A stretch of 64,000 nt of DNA, taken from the NCBI GenBank assembly GCA_028534125.1, contig CM052816.1:88042001-88106000 (forward strand), written 5' to 3'. Below the pieces are notes generated by a model that saw only the letters and a program-made list of their open reading frames with translations, had not been told where the DNA came from and ran no database searches. Origin of the DNA: Lama glama (Eukaryota). The position numbers and the translations under genes are program-made. Shown one piece after another: positions 13,587-25,849 of the stretch; position 1 is the first letter of the stretch; each line of letters opens with the position of its first letter.

Positions 13587-15789
13587 TACATTAGTTATCT
13601 GTTACTTCATAATACATTAACTAAAAACATAGCAATGTAAAATAACAAGCACTTATTATCTCACAGAAGCATGGATATCCAGGAGTAGCTTAGCTGGGTA
13701 CCTCTGACTCAAGGTCTCTCAAGAGGTTGCATCCAAACTGTTGGCTGGAGCTATGGTCTGATCTAAAGGCTTAATTGAGGGGAGATAGGAATTGCTTCTG
13801 TGATTATCCATGTAGTTGTTGGCAGGCCTCAGTCCCTTACTACATGAACCTCTCTGTAGGGATACCTCACAATATGGCAGCTGTCTGGCCCCAGGATGAG
13901 TTGGAAAGAGAGAACATCTCTGTTCAAAGCCACTGTCTATTTATAACCTAATCTTGAAAGTGATATCCCATCCTTTCTGCCGTATTATAATTGTTAGAAG
14001 TAAGTCCAGTCCACAATCAGAGAATGGAATTACACAAAAGCATGTATACAAGAAGTTGAAAACATTGAGGGCCCTCTCATAGTCTGCCTACCATGTTCAC
14101 CCTCAGACCCCCCCAAATTCATGTTAGTATGTCATGCAATATATACTCAGACCCTTTCTAGGACCAGGAAAATCTTTTCCCCTTATTACATAAGTTCAAT
14201 GTCCAGAAACTCATCATAAATCAAGTCCAAGTCAAGTGAGTTTCCTCAGATTTATTTCCTCCTGATCAGCAGACCTAAGATGATAAAGGGACCAGTTACT
14301 TACTCCACATACACCCAGCGTACAATGGTGAGATAGGCATGGATAACATGTACAGACATTTCTGTTAAAAAAGCAGTAAAATGCACAGAATAAAGCTCTT
14401 ACTGGTTCATGATGTTTTTGAAATCTAGATGGTAAGTGTTGTAAGCTCTTTGATTAGATTCCAAAGCCCGGGAATAGTTGTTCATGTATCTCAGTTTGAC
14501 TGTTTGGGCTCTTGGTTCTACCATCTGAGTTATCCTTCCTTTTTCATGACATGTAGCATGTACTTGAAACTTAGCAGCTCTTGTTGGCTTCCAAATAACA
14601 GAATCCAATGAGTCCAAAGGCCTCTCCTCACTGTACCATTTCTGACTCTCCTTCTTCGGTCCATGCTTGTGATGTTTCTCCATGTAGAACTCATTTTAAG
14701 AACATTATGGTTCGTATGGCTATCCCATTGGTCTTCATGGAGTTCACTGAACTAGACAAAAAATCTCTTCAAGGTAAATTCCTCTCTACCTTGGCCCTAC
14801 TGAGATGTCTGAATGACAGAGCCCTTACATGAATTAGAATCCTTATGGTTTAATGGCAAGAATCTTTAAGATGTACATTCAATTAATCTCTTAAGGGGGA
14901 ATTTTGTCTGACTATACAGTAAACCAATGAACCTTCCTTGATCTTACTAAGATCCTAAAAAGAGATTTATTTTTTAGACACTCCCATGGTTTTGTCTTTT
15001 GACCATGCTTTCTATGTCCTAGATTTAATCTTTGCTTAGAAGCCATTTCTTAATTTTAGTGTTATTTGCTATCTGGAAAGACCAGGAATCTTTACAAGCA
15101 GCAAGACGTGGATCCCTTTTGTTTACAAGTCACCAGGTCTGTTTTCCAGTCAAAAAAAAAAAAAAACAATAGGCAACAGTTTTGCTGTATTTCTGTCACT
15201 GCATAACAATGATCTCTCTTCCTCTAGTTCTCAAGATGTTCTTACTTTCCTTCAAGCCCCCACCTAGATCACCTTCCAAGTTCAACACTGAATAAACAGT
15301 GTGTTCAAGGTACTTTATACAGTACCTTGTCCTCAAAGCCTGCTGCCTGACTGCAAAACCACTCCCACATTTTGAGTATTTATTATGGCAGCACCTCGCT
15401 ACCAGGTATGAAATTGTTGTTATCTATTGCTATGTAATAAATTACTCCACAATTTAGAGATTCAAAACTACAAAAATATAGTATCTCTTGGTTTGCCTGG
15501 GACATGAATTTGGGTTCAGCTTAGCTGTTTGTATCTGCTTCAAAGTCTTTCCTAGATTTATATTTAAGCTGGCAATCAGAAATATGGTCTCATCTGAAGA
15601 TTTGCCCATAGAGGAATACCACTCCTGTGGTTGTTACCTTGGAACTGATATCCTATCACTCCGGCCATATTCTACCTATTGGTGAGGATCAATTTGATAA
15701 GCTTATCTACACTCCAGTAAAAGGGGTTAGACAAAGGTGTGAATACTGAAGGCAGGTATAACTTAGGGCCATCTTAAACACTGTCCACA
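13587..15789 (-). mobile_element. MLT1 (MaLR) provirus remnant: two LTRs (about 13587-14095 and 15415-15789) with internal region
   Basis: Two similar MLT1-type LTR segments (ttagttatct/ttgttatctattgct...agcttagctg...gggcc(a/c)tct). PPT-like gcagcacctcgctaccaggta sits next to the second LTR. Confidence 0.7.
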
Positions 15790-16500
15790 TTAGATGATGA
15801 TTCCACTGTAAAGTTACTCTTTCTCTTTTCTATAATTATTGTATTTTTTGTCAAGAGGTATTTTAACCCTGGAGAAATAACCTAGTCCTCATGACACTTC
15901 CAAATTATTCATCTATTAATTTATATCTGTATAGTCTCAAGCTTTCTTATTCTATTAACTTGATTCTGATCAATTGGTATCATTATTTTCACATTGAAAT
16001 CATTTTAGATTTGGCCAATGAAAGCTTCTTTAAGCTGAGTTTATGTCCTTTTAATATTCCCCTTCATTACTTGAATTCTCTCTTACTTTCTGGCTCAAAA
16101 ATATGTTTTGGTCTTGTCTTGCATGTCTGCTGCCTCAGCCTAGAAGAAAGCTATTTCTCCAAAGAGCCCTCTTTCCACCTTTACAGAGAATAATATTTAG
16201 AAGCCAAAACCAAGCGTGCTCTTTGTTATCAGAGAATCACTGCTCCCAGCCGCTCTCAGTGGGCACAGCCAAAGAATATATCTATGTACATGGACCTCCA
16301 TGATATTTATTTCCATATCCTTCTACATATCTTAAAAGCCATGATTTTGCACTAACACGTCCAACTCTAATCTAACACCACCATTTAGTCCAGATTTATT
16401 TTATTTTTTAAAATCCTTTTATGATTTATAACTCTTTTTGCCAAGAATGAGAAATCTGGCTTTTGTCCTTAATACACTTTCTTATTTGATCAAGTCCAAT
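15790..16500 (-). mobile_element. L1MC-like 3' region, right part
   Basis: ccactgtaaagttactc...agatttggccaatgaaagcttctttaagctg...tttctccaaagagccct continues the L1MC consensus broken at 13586. Confidence 0.65.
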
Positions 16501-17249
16501 CCTTCATGGCCACTACCCCTCCAGACCCATTGCAGTTGCTCTGGTGACTCCATTCCAACCTTGAAAATCTGAACTGGCTTTTGCCATTATCTTCTCTCCT
16601 CCATTGTGAGGATGGAGGTTTTGCTCACCTCATGAGCATCTGAATCCCCACGCAGGGCCGCATTTCCCGCACGTAGATGTCTTTCTCATGCTAACCATTC
16701 TCTGGTACCTCTTGCCAGACCTTCTGTGTGGACACCTTCCTCACTCTGCTCTGGCTCCAGCACCTTGATCTGGTCCACTGTAGCTCCTCCCCAACTCCTC
16801 CAAAGGTATATCTCTGCCTGCACAAAAGTCTACCTTTTCCCACCCCAGCTAGGCTTTAGGACTAAGTTATTCTAGAAGATAAGCAAAGAGCAAGTAACAT
16901 CTTTGATTCTTAAAGGGACTTAGGGTGTTTATAAAAGTGCTCACCTCTAAGCTATATTTTCCACATGCATTAACAATGTTGAAATCAGGGATCCTTCATG
17001 CCTTTTGAATTTCCTTCTTAATTTGTTGAGCTGAGTCCAAATTTTTATATGAGGGACTATTTTGATATGACCTAGGAAGTAGATAAAGCCAGAATCCAAA
17101 ATCAAAATACTAGTTTTTGACATTTTTTTTCCATATTGGAACATATCTCTTCTATTCTTACAGTCAATGAAAAAAATTTCTACAGAGATAGAGGACAGAA
17201 CGCTGTTGAAACATGTTCTAGTCATGCAGAATGTGGGCCTTGAACTTGT

Positions 17250-17750
17250 TAAGAGTCCAAATCCTGCTCTACCATGTTCAAGTTGTAAGTGTTTGCATAG
17301 ATAATTTGACTTCATTGTGCTTTGTCTTCCTTACCTACAAATGAGGAGTAAAAATATCTTATTCCCGGCAGGGAGGGTATAGCTCAGTGGTAGAATTTGT
17401 GCTTAGCAAGCCCAAGGTTCTGGGTTCAATCCCCAAGACCACCATTAAAATAAGTAAATAAACCTAATTACCTCCCTGCCCGAAACAAACAATAACAACA
17501 ACAACAAAACAAAAGCACAAAACAACAAAAAACAAACAAAATTTAAAAACGAATTTTAAAAATTAAATAAGTTGAAAAAGGACTTCAAAAATAAAAAAGA
17601 AAGATCTCAAATAAATAACCTGACTTTAAAACAAATAAAAAAAACAAACAAAAGCCTTATTCCCAGAGGTATATTGCAAGTAGTAAAGGAGAAATGTATG
17701 TCTACCATTTGCCACAATGCTTGAAAAAAATGCAATCAATAAATGGGGAA
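17250..17750 (+). mobile_element. MIR, split by the SINE insertion at 17367-17655
   Basis: ccaaatcctgctctacc...ccttacctacaaatgaggag on the left and agaggtatattgcaag...caatcaataaatgg on the right. Confidence 0.6.
17367..17655 (+). mobile_element. Camelid tRNA-derived SINE (vic-1-like) with extended A-rich tail
   Basis: gggagggtatagctcagtggtag (A box)...gggttcaatcccc (B box)...aataaacctaattacctccc. TSD cttattccc at 17358-17366 and 17656-17664. Confidence 0.9.
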
Positions 17751-19291
17751 GGATCCTGTTAATAATTTGATGATCCTTCTCAGAAAACTTGCAGGAGAAT
17801 GCCTACCCTGTAGGGGTCCCATCTAATTATCTTTCTCTTTTCCGTATAGTCCCTCCCTGGGACACATGAGCTCAATATTTACTATTGTATTTTGTTCAAA
17901 CTATATCAAGTCTATATAAAAACCTAATACACTTTTCATCCCAATTTACATTTGCTTTGGTGTAGAATACTCTTTTATCTTAACGTGTAGAGACAAGCTG
18001 TTGATTAGTAAGAAACACCAATTATCAGATTACACTTTTGCTTGGCAGTCTGCTGAGTGGCTTTAACACATTTGATGACATTGAGCAAGGACTGGGGATC
18101 ACTCTGGTGTCAGCAGCAAAGTGTCCACAGCACACAGCATGGCAGCATGATTCTCAGGGTCATCGGATGTTATGGCTCTGTGTTCCGGGAGCATTTTATG
18201 CCTCTGTTTGGTTCCTATGTTTTTATTAGTGGTGCCATTGCAAAGGTAATGCTATTGACAGGTTCTGTGTGGCCTTGAGAGAAGTGTATGAATTGTTTTA
18301 GTAGCAGCTCAGCGTGTCCCTAAACATAAACCATCCTGCACTGATAGTTGCTTTAGTAGCCACTGATCAGCAATAAATGTTAAAAATTAACAAGAAGTTC
18401 CTTTTTTTTTTTTTCCCCTCTAACCACCAAATGACTCTAAGCATTAAATATATGTTAGCAGAAGTTGCTTCTTGGCCACTGAGTGGTTGAAAACATTAAA
18501 CATATTTTCAAAGTATTACTCTTTTCCCAGCTTCCAAGTGGTTGTAAACATTAAATATGTTTTATAAAAACTGCTTTGCCAGCTACTGGCAGGATAGCTA
18601 TGAACATTATTTTTCTTTAAAGTTGCCTTCCAGCTGTGGCACTGTTTTTCTTTTTCTTTCTTTCTTCTTTATTTTTCCCCCCCTTATTTGCTCTATTCTA
18701 TTTCTTTTTTGTACACAAAAGCAGGCACGAGGCTACCTTGGCCCAGTTGTCTTTTGCTTTATAATAAGTGATCATGAGAGTAGTTGCACCTGTAGAAAAC
18801 CCTGCTGGCAACAAGCGTGCTCTGAGGTTCACTTGCTTGTTCTCCGTATCCCACATAGATGTCAGCCACGTTTTGCAAAATAATTTTTGTTTCTGCTTTC
18901 CATTGTACAGTGGGCTGAGGTATGAAGATGAGTATAAAGCAAACTTAGTATTAAGGAAAAGAACGTCAAGCAGCCAGACACTGATGGATTATACTCATTG
19001 ATTGAGGTGAAAATCTTCCATCAAAAGAACAGACTCCAAGACAGGCAAAATGGCAGGACTACTGAGTTAATGAGATCTTTAACCCAAACATGATGAGGGG
19101 CTTGAAATCTATGTCTGGAAATAACTCAACGTGACAACAGTATGCAATTCAAAGCAGTAAGGAGCATGTCACTATAAAAGTCTATCCAAGAACTAGCCCG
19201 GAAAAATCTGTTTATTTTAACCAAATTCACAATAAAATCAGGAGTGGCACTGATTCAACTGAAAAACTGAAACTGCTCTATTATCCCAGCA

Positions 19292-19339
19292 GAGTAATTC
19301 ACCAGCAAGCCGAGTAATTCACCAGCAAGCCAAGTAATT
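19292..19339. repeat. 20-bp tandem repeat (2 perfect copies plus a partial copy)
   Basis: gagtaattcaccagcaagcc at 19292-19311 and 19312-19331, then aagtaatt. Confidence 0.93.
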
Positions 19340-19549
19340 ACTCAGAGACGCTCCGATTTGTACAGGATCCAAGTATTTTCCAAATCATACTATTTTATTT
19401 CACCAAATGTTTTATTCTATGTGTATGTTCGACAGATGCAAATATTTATGGGATACCTTTGTGTACACGCTTTCAGGAATTGTGGTTAGAATGATGCGAG
19501 AAACAGACAAAGCCTCTCCCTTCAGAGAGCTTTCATTCCAAAGATCTAG

Positions 19550-19736
19550 TCTGTGGGCTGACTCCAGCACATCCCTGTTTTTGGTGGAATATAGTCACAG
19601 GTCACGCTTGTTCATTTATGTGCTCTCTGGGGCCATTTTCACACGCTAATGGCAGGTGGGCAACAGAGACCGAGTGACAGGCAAAGACTAGAACATACAC
19701 AATCTAACCCTTTACAGGACAAGTTTGTTGAGCCAT
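19550..19736. mobile_element. MER58-like hAT-Charlie MITE
   Basis: caacagagacc...taaccctttacaggacaagtttgttgagcc resembles the MER58 terminus. Confidence 0.65.
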
Positions 19737-21205
19737 ACAATAGTGGATTGAGTATCAGAGAGGAGGTTAAGATAAGGTCAGCATTTTTAAAGAGCTGTGT
19801 GAAGAAAGGGAGTGTTTATTATAGAAAAACCCTCCTCAAAAAAAAAAAAAAAAAGAAATGACAGGACTAGAGGACAAATGACAGGCAGAAACAAGCCCCA
19901 CAGTAACACTGCACATGGCATGAGATCGTACGCTCTTATTTAATTGGTGCTGAAAGGAAGGTTTTGAATGTATTATAATCACTTAAGTACTGTCTTAAAG
20001 TATTAAATGTTCATGATAAAGTGTTTTCTATTTTCCTGTAAGAATAATTCTTATCTCAATTATGTAACCATACTTTTTCATTAAAAAAATTTAACCTGAG
20101 CTAAGATGGTTGAAAGAAGAGAACCCTAGATTTAGATGAAACATTCTTCTCCTGTATGATTTCTCAATTTGTAAGTTCTTTGCCTCACTGAGATATAAGT
20201 GATGAAAGAAAACTTAAAAATTACTGAAACCGAATTTAAAGCAACAGCCAGTATTAACAATTACTATTTAATAAATGTTACGGGAACCTTCCTCAGAAAG
20301 TACGGCTGATGAATTTATCCAGCCTGGCACGATTTTCGCATCTGACCAAGAAACTGAACTTTGAAAAGAAAAAAAAAAATCAGAGGCTACAATTTTATAA
20401 ATAATTAACAAAAATGAATATCAAAATATGGTACAATTTGTTGAATTGGCAATGGCAATGGAAGAAAAAGAAACATGTCAATTAAACTGTCACCATATGA
20501 ATTTTGCTTCTTAGAAAAACATTGTAATGGGGTAATTTCGTGAAATGCTTTGATAGCAAGAAAGTGCCAAAATATGATTAGCTATTGCACAATTCCGATT
20601 AGACAAGAAAGCAATCGGTGGCAGCCTGAATATCGAAAGGTCTTGTTTCTTGACTTTTTCTTCTCTTTTCCCCTTTGTTTAATCAAGTATATGTTGTTTG
20701 ACAGTGAAATGATTTCCTCTGAAAACAGTTACCATGAGACTTTAGTAGAAACTTCACTGTAAGAGAAAACATATTTCCAAATTAAAATCTTTAAAAAATA
20801 TATAATTGCCATTTCTGAAAAAAAGTCATCTTCGTAGAAGTAATATTTTATAATTAATATTAAGTACTTATTTAGCTAAAAGCCTCAGTTAGAAACAACT
20901 CACTCGTATAATTATGTTCATACTTCTATTGTCAAATATATTCATTTATTATTTAAACTGAGTTCTCTTCCATTAGTCTCATTTCTGCCCAGCTAGTGAG
21001 AACGGATATTCTAGAAATTAACACGTTTGTGTAAATTTTACTACTTATATTTTTTTTTCTTTAGAAAAATAATCTGGTGTCTAATTTAACAAAGAATTCC
21101 AAACATCAAAAATACAAATGGGATTATAAAGAATTCGTTTTCTAGTAGGTCTTAGCTTTGTACAAAAATTCACTTGAAAACAATGTAGAGAAATTCTATT
21201 TTGTA

Positions 21206-21346
21206 AGGGTTTTTTTGGGTGGAGGTAATTAGATTTATTTATTAATTAATTAATTATTATTATTATTTTTAATGGAGATACAGAGTTGAACCCAGGACCT
21301 TGCACATGCTAAGCACTGTGCTCTACCACTGAGCTATACCCTCCCC
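21206..21346 (-). mobile_element. Camelid tRNA-derived SINE (vic-1-like)
   Basis: ggaggtaattagatttattt...gaacccaggacct...ctctaccactgagctataccctcccc is the reverse complement of the 17367 element. Candidate TSD tattttgta at 21197-21205 and 21349-21357. Confidence 0.9.
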
Positions 21347-22409
21347 AGTATTTTGTATTTTTTAAACTATGATTTACATGTTACCTGAACAGTAATAGAT
21401 CTCCATACCTGATTACCAAGAACACTGTCTTCATGTATTAATTCCTAATAGTCAGAAGCATGTCTAGAGCTTCTAAACCAGGGAGAGCTTTTAAAGTTCG
21501 TTTTGAGTGTTTTTCCTGTGACAATAAGATTATTATTTTGTAAATAGCAGAAAAAGGAAAAATTTACAAGATCATTTTTGGGTTTGCATATCTATTTCTC
21601 ATGAAGGCTAGTGGAAAGTATCTTAAAAAGGACTGGAACGACTCACAAGAGCAAAGTTAAAATAATCTTTACAGAAGACTGTTAAGAAAGGTTGTGATTC
21701 TAGAAAGGCAGCCTATTATAGGGAAAACAAAGTAGACCCTAGAGTAACAAAGATCTGAATTCAAATTTGATGAAGGATGGGGGAATGTTTATAAAAGTGT
21801 TTCCTTTTACTAAAGCTTTGATTGTTAGTACTATTTACCACTAAAAAAATGTTATAAGGATCCAAAGAAATACCATTTGTGGAAAAGAAAAAAGAAACCC
21901 TAGAAGGGTTTTAATAAATACTAATATTTTTTCCTTCCTTCAGTGGCTTTTTCTCCTGTGGGGTTTTAGATTTGGAGAAGATAAGAGTCTTTAATTATTT
22001 TTTTTCTCGTATCTTCATACTTGTAATTGTACCAAGTCAATCACATAAGGAGGACATCTCTACAAACAGCTCCTTCTAAGAATACATATATTTTTAATGA
22101 AATATCATTCATCCAAAATATTTAGAGACACAGCACACCAGAAATGAGATGTGATAGGTATACAATACAATAAAATATGTGCAAAAATATGTCCAGTGGA
22201 TATTAAAAGTAATGTCTTCATGGTTCAAATTCATGCAAATGGGTTGAACAAACATTTATTTCTTCTTTGTTTCAAAGTACCATTCCACTGAAATAACAGA
22301 ATATAGTAGTTAGAAACTATAACTCTAGGGAGCTGGGAAGTATTCTACTAGCAGACCAAAGAATAAGGAATTTCTGAAGGCTATAAATCATTTCAGAGGG
22401 ATCCCTGAT

Positions 22410-23285
22410 TTTGACAACAATGGAATTGTTGGTGTTAAGCTTGTCTTTGCATCATAAACAATGATAAAACTGGACAATGTATATGAGGCAATAGTTTTTT
22501 AATGCATGTGACACATAGTACAAGCTTGTCATCCTCGAGAGAAGGGAGGAGATGAATCAGGCGCCTCATTTAGCTGGACTCTTTGATTAGGGGCACTTTT
22601 GCTACCATGACACAAGGAATTGGACTCTTAGAATAATATCTAGAGATAGAGATTATAGCTTGGAGCTTCTGAAATGACTGTAATTTGAGAACTGCAGAAG
22701 TGGCTGGAATTTATGTAGAAATGTAAGGAGAGACACAGAGAAGCCCTGACATAGTAAGCGTTTAGGGGGCACTTCCACCAAGGGCTGCTCTATGCACGAG
22801 CAGAATTAGCCTCTGTAAGCCTGCTGAAAGCAGGCTCCGGTGGTAACGCAGAGCAGGGAGATGCTGAAGTTATTGACCAGCCACAGGGGAGGCATTTCAC
22901 TGGACATCTCAAGACATTAACGTGAGGCACCAGGAAGGCTATGTGTTAGGAGTAAGGGCCATTCCCTTCACTAAAGTCTATGTCCTAGGTCTAAACACAA
23001 AACTGAAAGAGACTTTCCTTAAAAAAGAGTTAAATCAGGCCTGACAGATCAAAAGTATCTGCCAGTAACTTAACTGTCCTCAAAGAATTATCTTCAGGCC
23101 CTTTAGAAGAAGATGACATCCAGGTTTTCTACCATGTATTACTAAAATGTTCCACATACAATAAAAACAAATACAAATTATACCAAGAAGCAGGAATATT
23201 TAAACCATAATCAGGGCAAAAACAGTCAATAATCCCTGACATCATGATGACTTGAATTTTGAAATCGACAGACACACTTCAGACA
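22410..23285 (+). mobile_element. Old L1M 5' region
   Basis: ataaaactggacaatgtatatgaggcaatagtttt...caagaagcaggaa...cataatcagggcaaaaacagtcaata resembles L1M4-type 5' UTR and ORF1 start. Confidence 0.55.
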
Positions 23286-24753
23286 CATATTTTTGTTTAT
23301 TGTTTTATTGTGTTCCCTGAGAATATTGTAAGGTTTAGGTTGAAGATATTGTTATAAAGTATTTGAATTTGCTTCTACCTGGTCTACATAAGCAGGGCCA
23401 CCCTACCCACGTTCATGTCTTGAGATTAGCTGGGTCACATTGGCACATAAATCCAGGTCATAGATCCAAGGCAGGACAGGCTTACATCTGGCTCGTCTTA
23501 CTCTGAGGGTGTACTTTGGTGATATTAACCTTTTGGAAAAGAACTCTTATTACACTTCTTAACATATGTTACACTTCGGCTTTTCCTTCTGTCTCCCTCA
23601 CCTTGAGACTGTCAAATAAATCTCCGTATTTGTAGGGATCAGAAATGTGCTGCTGGAAAGGTGATCTCCTTACCTCTCTGGAGCCCTCTTTTCTCCTGAA
23701 ATTTGACCTGATAACTAATTAAAATCTTGTAAATTCTCAGTACTTCTAAAAAGGTGTTTAAAAATGTACCATAACTGATATTTGGGACCATTTTTCAGTG
23801 GAATAGTTCAAATAACTTATCTATGCATTGCTGCAAATTGAAATCTTTGCCTATTTATAGATGTGGTACATTTTATATGTTGAATCATCTGTCTGTTTTG
23901 ATGAATTTTATTTTGCAGATAATTTTGGAACCTCTGTTTTATGTTAGAGAGATTGGCTTTAGATCAAGACAATACTAGCTTCACTCATTTCCTTCTGAAT
24001 GACCATATGCGAGTGATTTGACACTAGCAAGAACCTATTTTCCCATTTTCTCATTGTAAACACATAACTGGGCTGTGTATGGTTTAAAGGAATCAATACA
24101 TAAAAATCTAACATAATACCTGCAAATAATAGGGACTGAATAATTAGCTCTCTCTGCTGTCCCATCTGCCACTGAAGTTCTTGGATGGGAATGTCACAAG
24201 GGGACACATTGTATAAACACACAGTAATGTGAATTCCATTGTCACCTGAGGCAAGTACTTCTATCAAACAAATCAAACCATGTCACTCATGCAACTTTCC
24301 TCTGTCTCTCATGAAGTGCTGCTAATTCTCTTGTTTGCATTTAGTAGAGGTTAAACTCTTTGCTCACAATCATAATCAAATAGTTCCTAGAGAATAAAGC
24401 TACTGAGATGAGCCAAACAGCAATTCAATTAGTAACTAACTGATCTCCTTCTTTCAGAGATACATCAGTTTTTCCTCTGGTGGTAAAGTCTCTCTTCTTT
24501 TACAATAGTAAAGCAGACACTTGCTCTGATAGTTATAAACAACACACAGCTTTAGAATTCAGTCTCACTTTTCAATTTTAGCCTGTGGGCATTTTTTTCT
24601 AAAAAAAGATCATTTAATTTACTAATAAAATTACACTAACTTGGTAACTGGGAAGCCATGGACATTTCGCTCCAATGTGGTCAGGTAGAATGAGTTATCA
24701 ATTAGTTGTCCTCATTCTTGAATAATGATTAAGCATTAATTTAGGTAGAAAGA

Positions 24754-24813
24754 GTGTGCGCGTGCGCGCGCGCGCGCGCGCACACACATACACACACACA
24801 CACACACACACGC
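24754..24813. repeat. Compound (GT)(CG)8(CA)n microsatellite
   Basis: gtgtgcgcgtg(cg)8 cacacacata(ca)n cgc; strict purine/pyrimidine alternation over 60 bp. Confidence 0.95.
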
Positions 24814-25849
24814 TACACTGAAGGGATGAAGATGGGAAAATAAAACACGCATGCTCAACCACACAGAAGAAATATGTAACATCTCATTTTTAACCTCAAA
24901 GACAGGATGGGGAGGAGTCCCAATAACCTAATAAAAAAGATTCTAAGTTTTTTTTGATTAACTACCCTGTGTAGTTAAGAGTGTATGTTGTTGCCAATCA
25001 ATATGCCAGAACTAAAGTTACAGCAAAAAAAATCATTATCATTTCATTGCAAATTTATGAAAAATCATATTTATGTACTCAGTGGTCTTATCCACATATT
25101 CTGATTAAATGATATGCTGCTGAAAGGTGGACAGAGGTAAAGCTTATTTCACTTCTTAGAATTTTTTTCCGTCCATGTCAACCTTGGCAATGGAAGTTAT
25201 AGCATTCCAATGATATTAATTTGTAAGTGGTGTCTATATGCTTAGACAGTTGCTTTTATTTTTTTTTTCCTTTTCCCCATAGCCCTGGTCTGAGAGATAT
25301 TATAATGGTGATTTTTTTTCAGTTCAACTTGAACAGGAATAAATGAGTCCACTCCCAAATGTTTTCAAACTTTATTTGAGGTGGTGTAGGGCTGGTGTTG
25401 GACTTTCCCTGCTGAAGCAGTTGGTCCACTCCTGCTTGTGGACAGGCTCTTCCTCCTCCTCTGTGATGGAGCTTGAGAACGTCTTTGTGCATAATTAAGA
25501 TAGTGCAAGAAAGTACTTTCTTTTGTTATCGAGGATATCTGCTCCAAAGGGACTTTCTTTTAGCACCGAGGAACAGCTGGAATGCTTTTGTTTGTTTTTG
25601 TTTTGAATATGAGTATATTTTAATTCAGTTTCATCAAGTAAAGGAGAATTAGAAAGGGAAGTTATGAAGTCATATCAGAAATAAAGAAGGTGGACAAAGT
25701 TTATAAATATTAACACTTTCAAAAAAAACTGTGTCTATGTTTAAGTCTAATGGCATTTATTTTATCGTGTTGAAAACAATGTTTAAATGAAAATATATTT
25801 TAAAATACTTAGAAACACAGTTTTACTTTTTAAACTTTTTTTAACATAT

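Noticed and set aside
17371..17445. tRNA gene (A and B boxes; also 21270-21346)
   Set aside because: Both are heads of tRNA-derived SINEs with SINE-specific 3' sequence, A-rich tails and TSDs.
12562..19339. Direct repeats at 12562 and 19292 as CRISPR-like arrays
   Set aside because: Only two adjacent copies each, no spacers, no cas genes, and a mammalian context.
25558..25580. RE1/NRSE-like sequence ttttagcaccgaggaacagctg
   Set aside because: It has a mismatch in the left half-site and an extra base in the GGACAG half-site; too degenerate to call without data.
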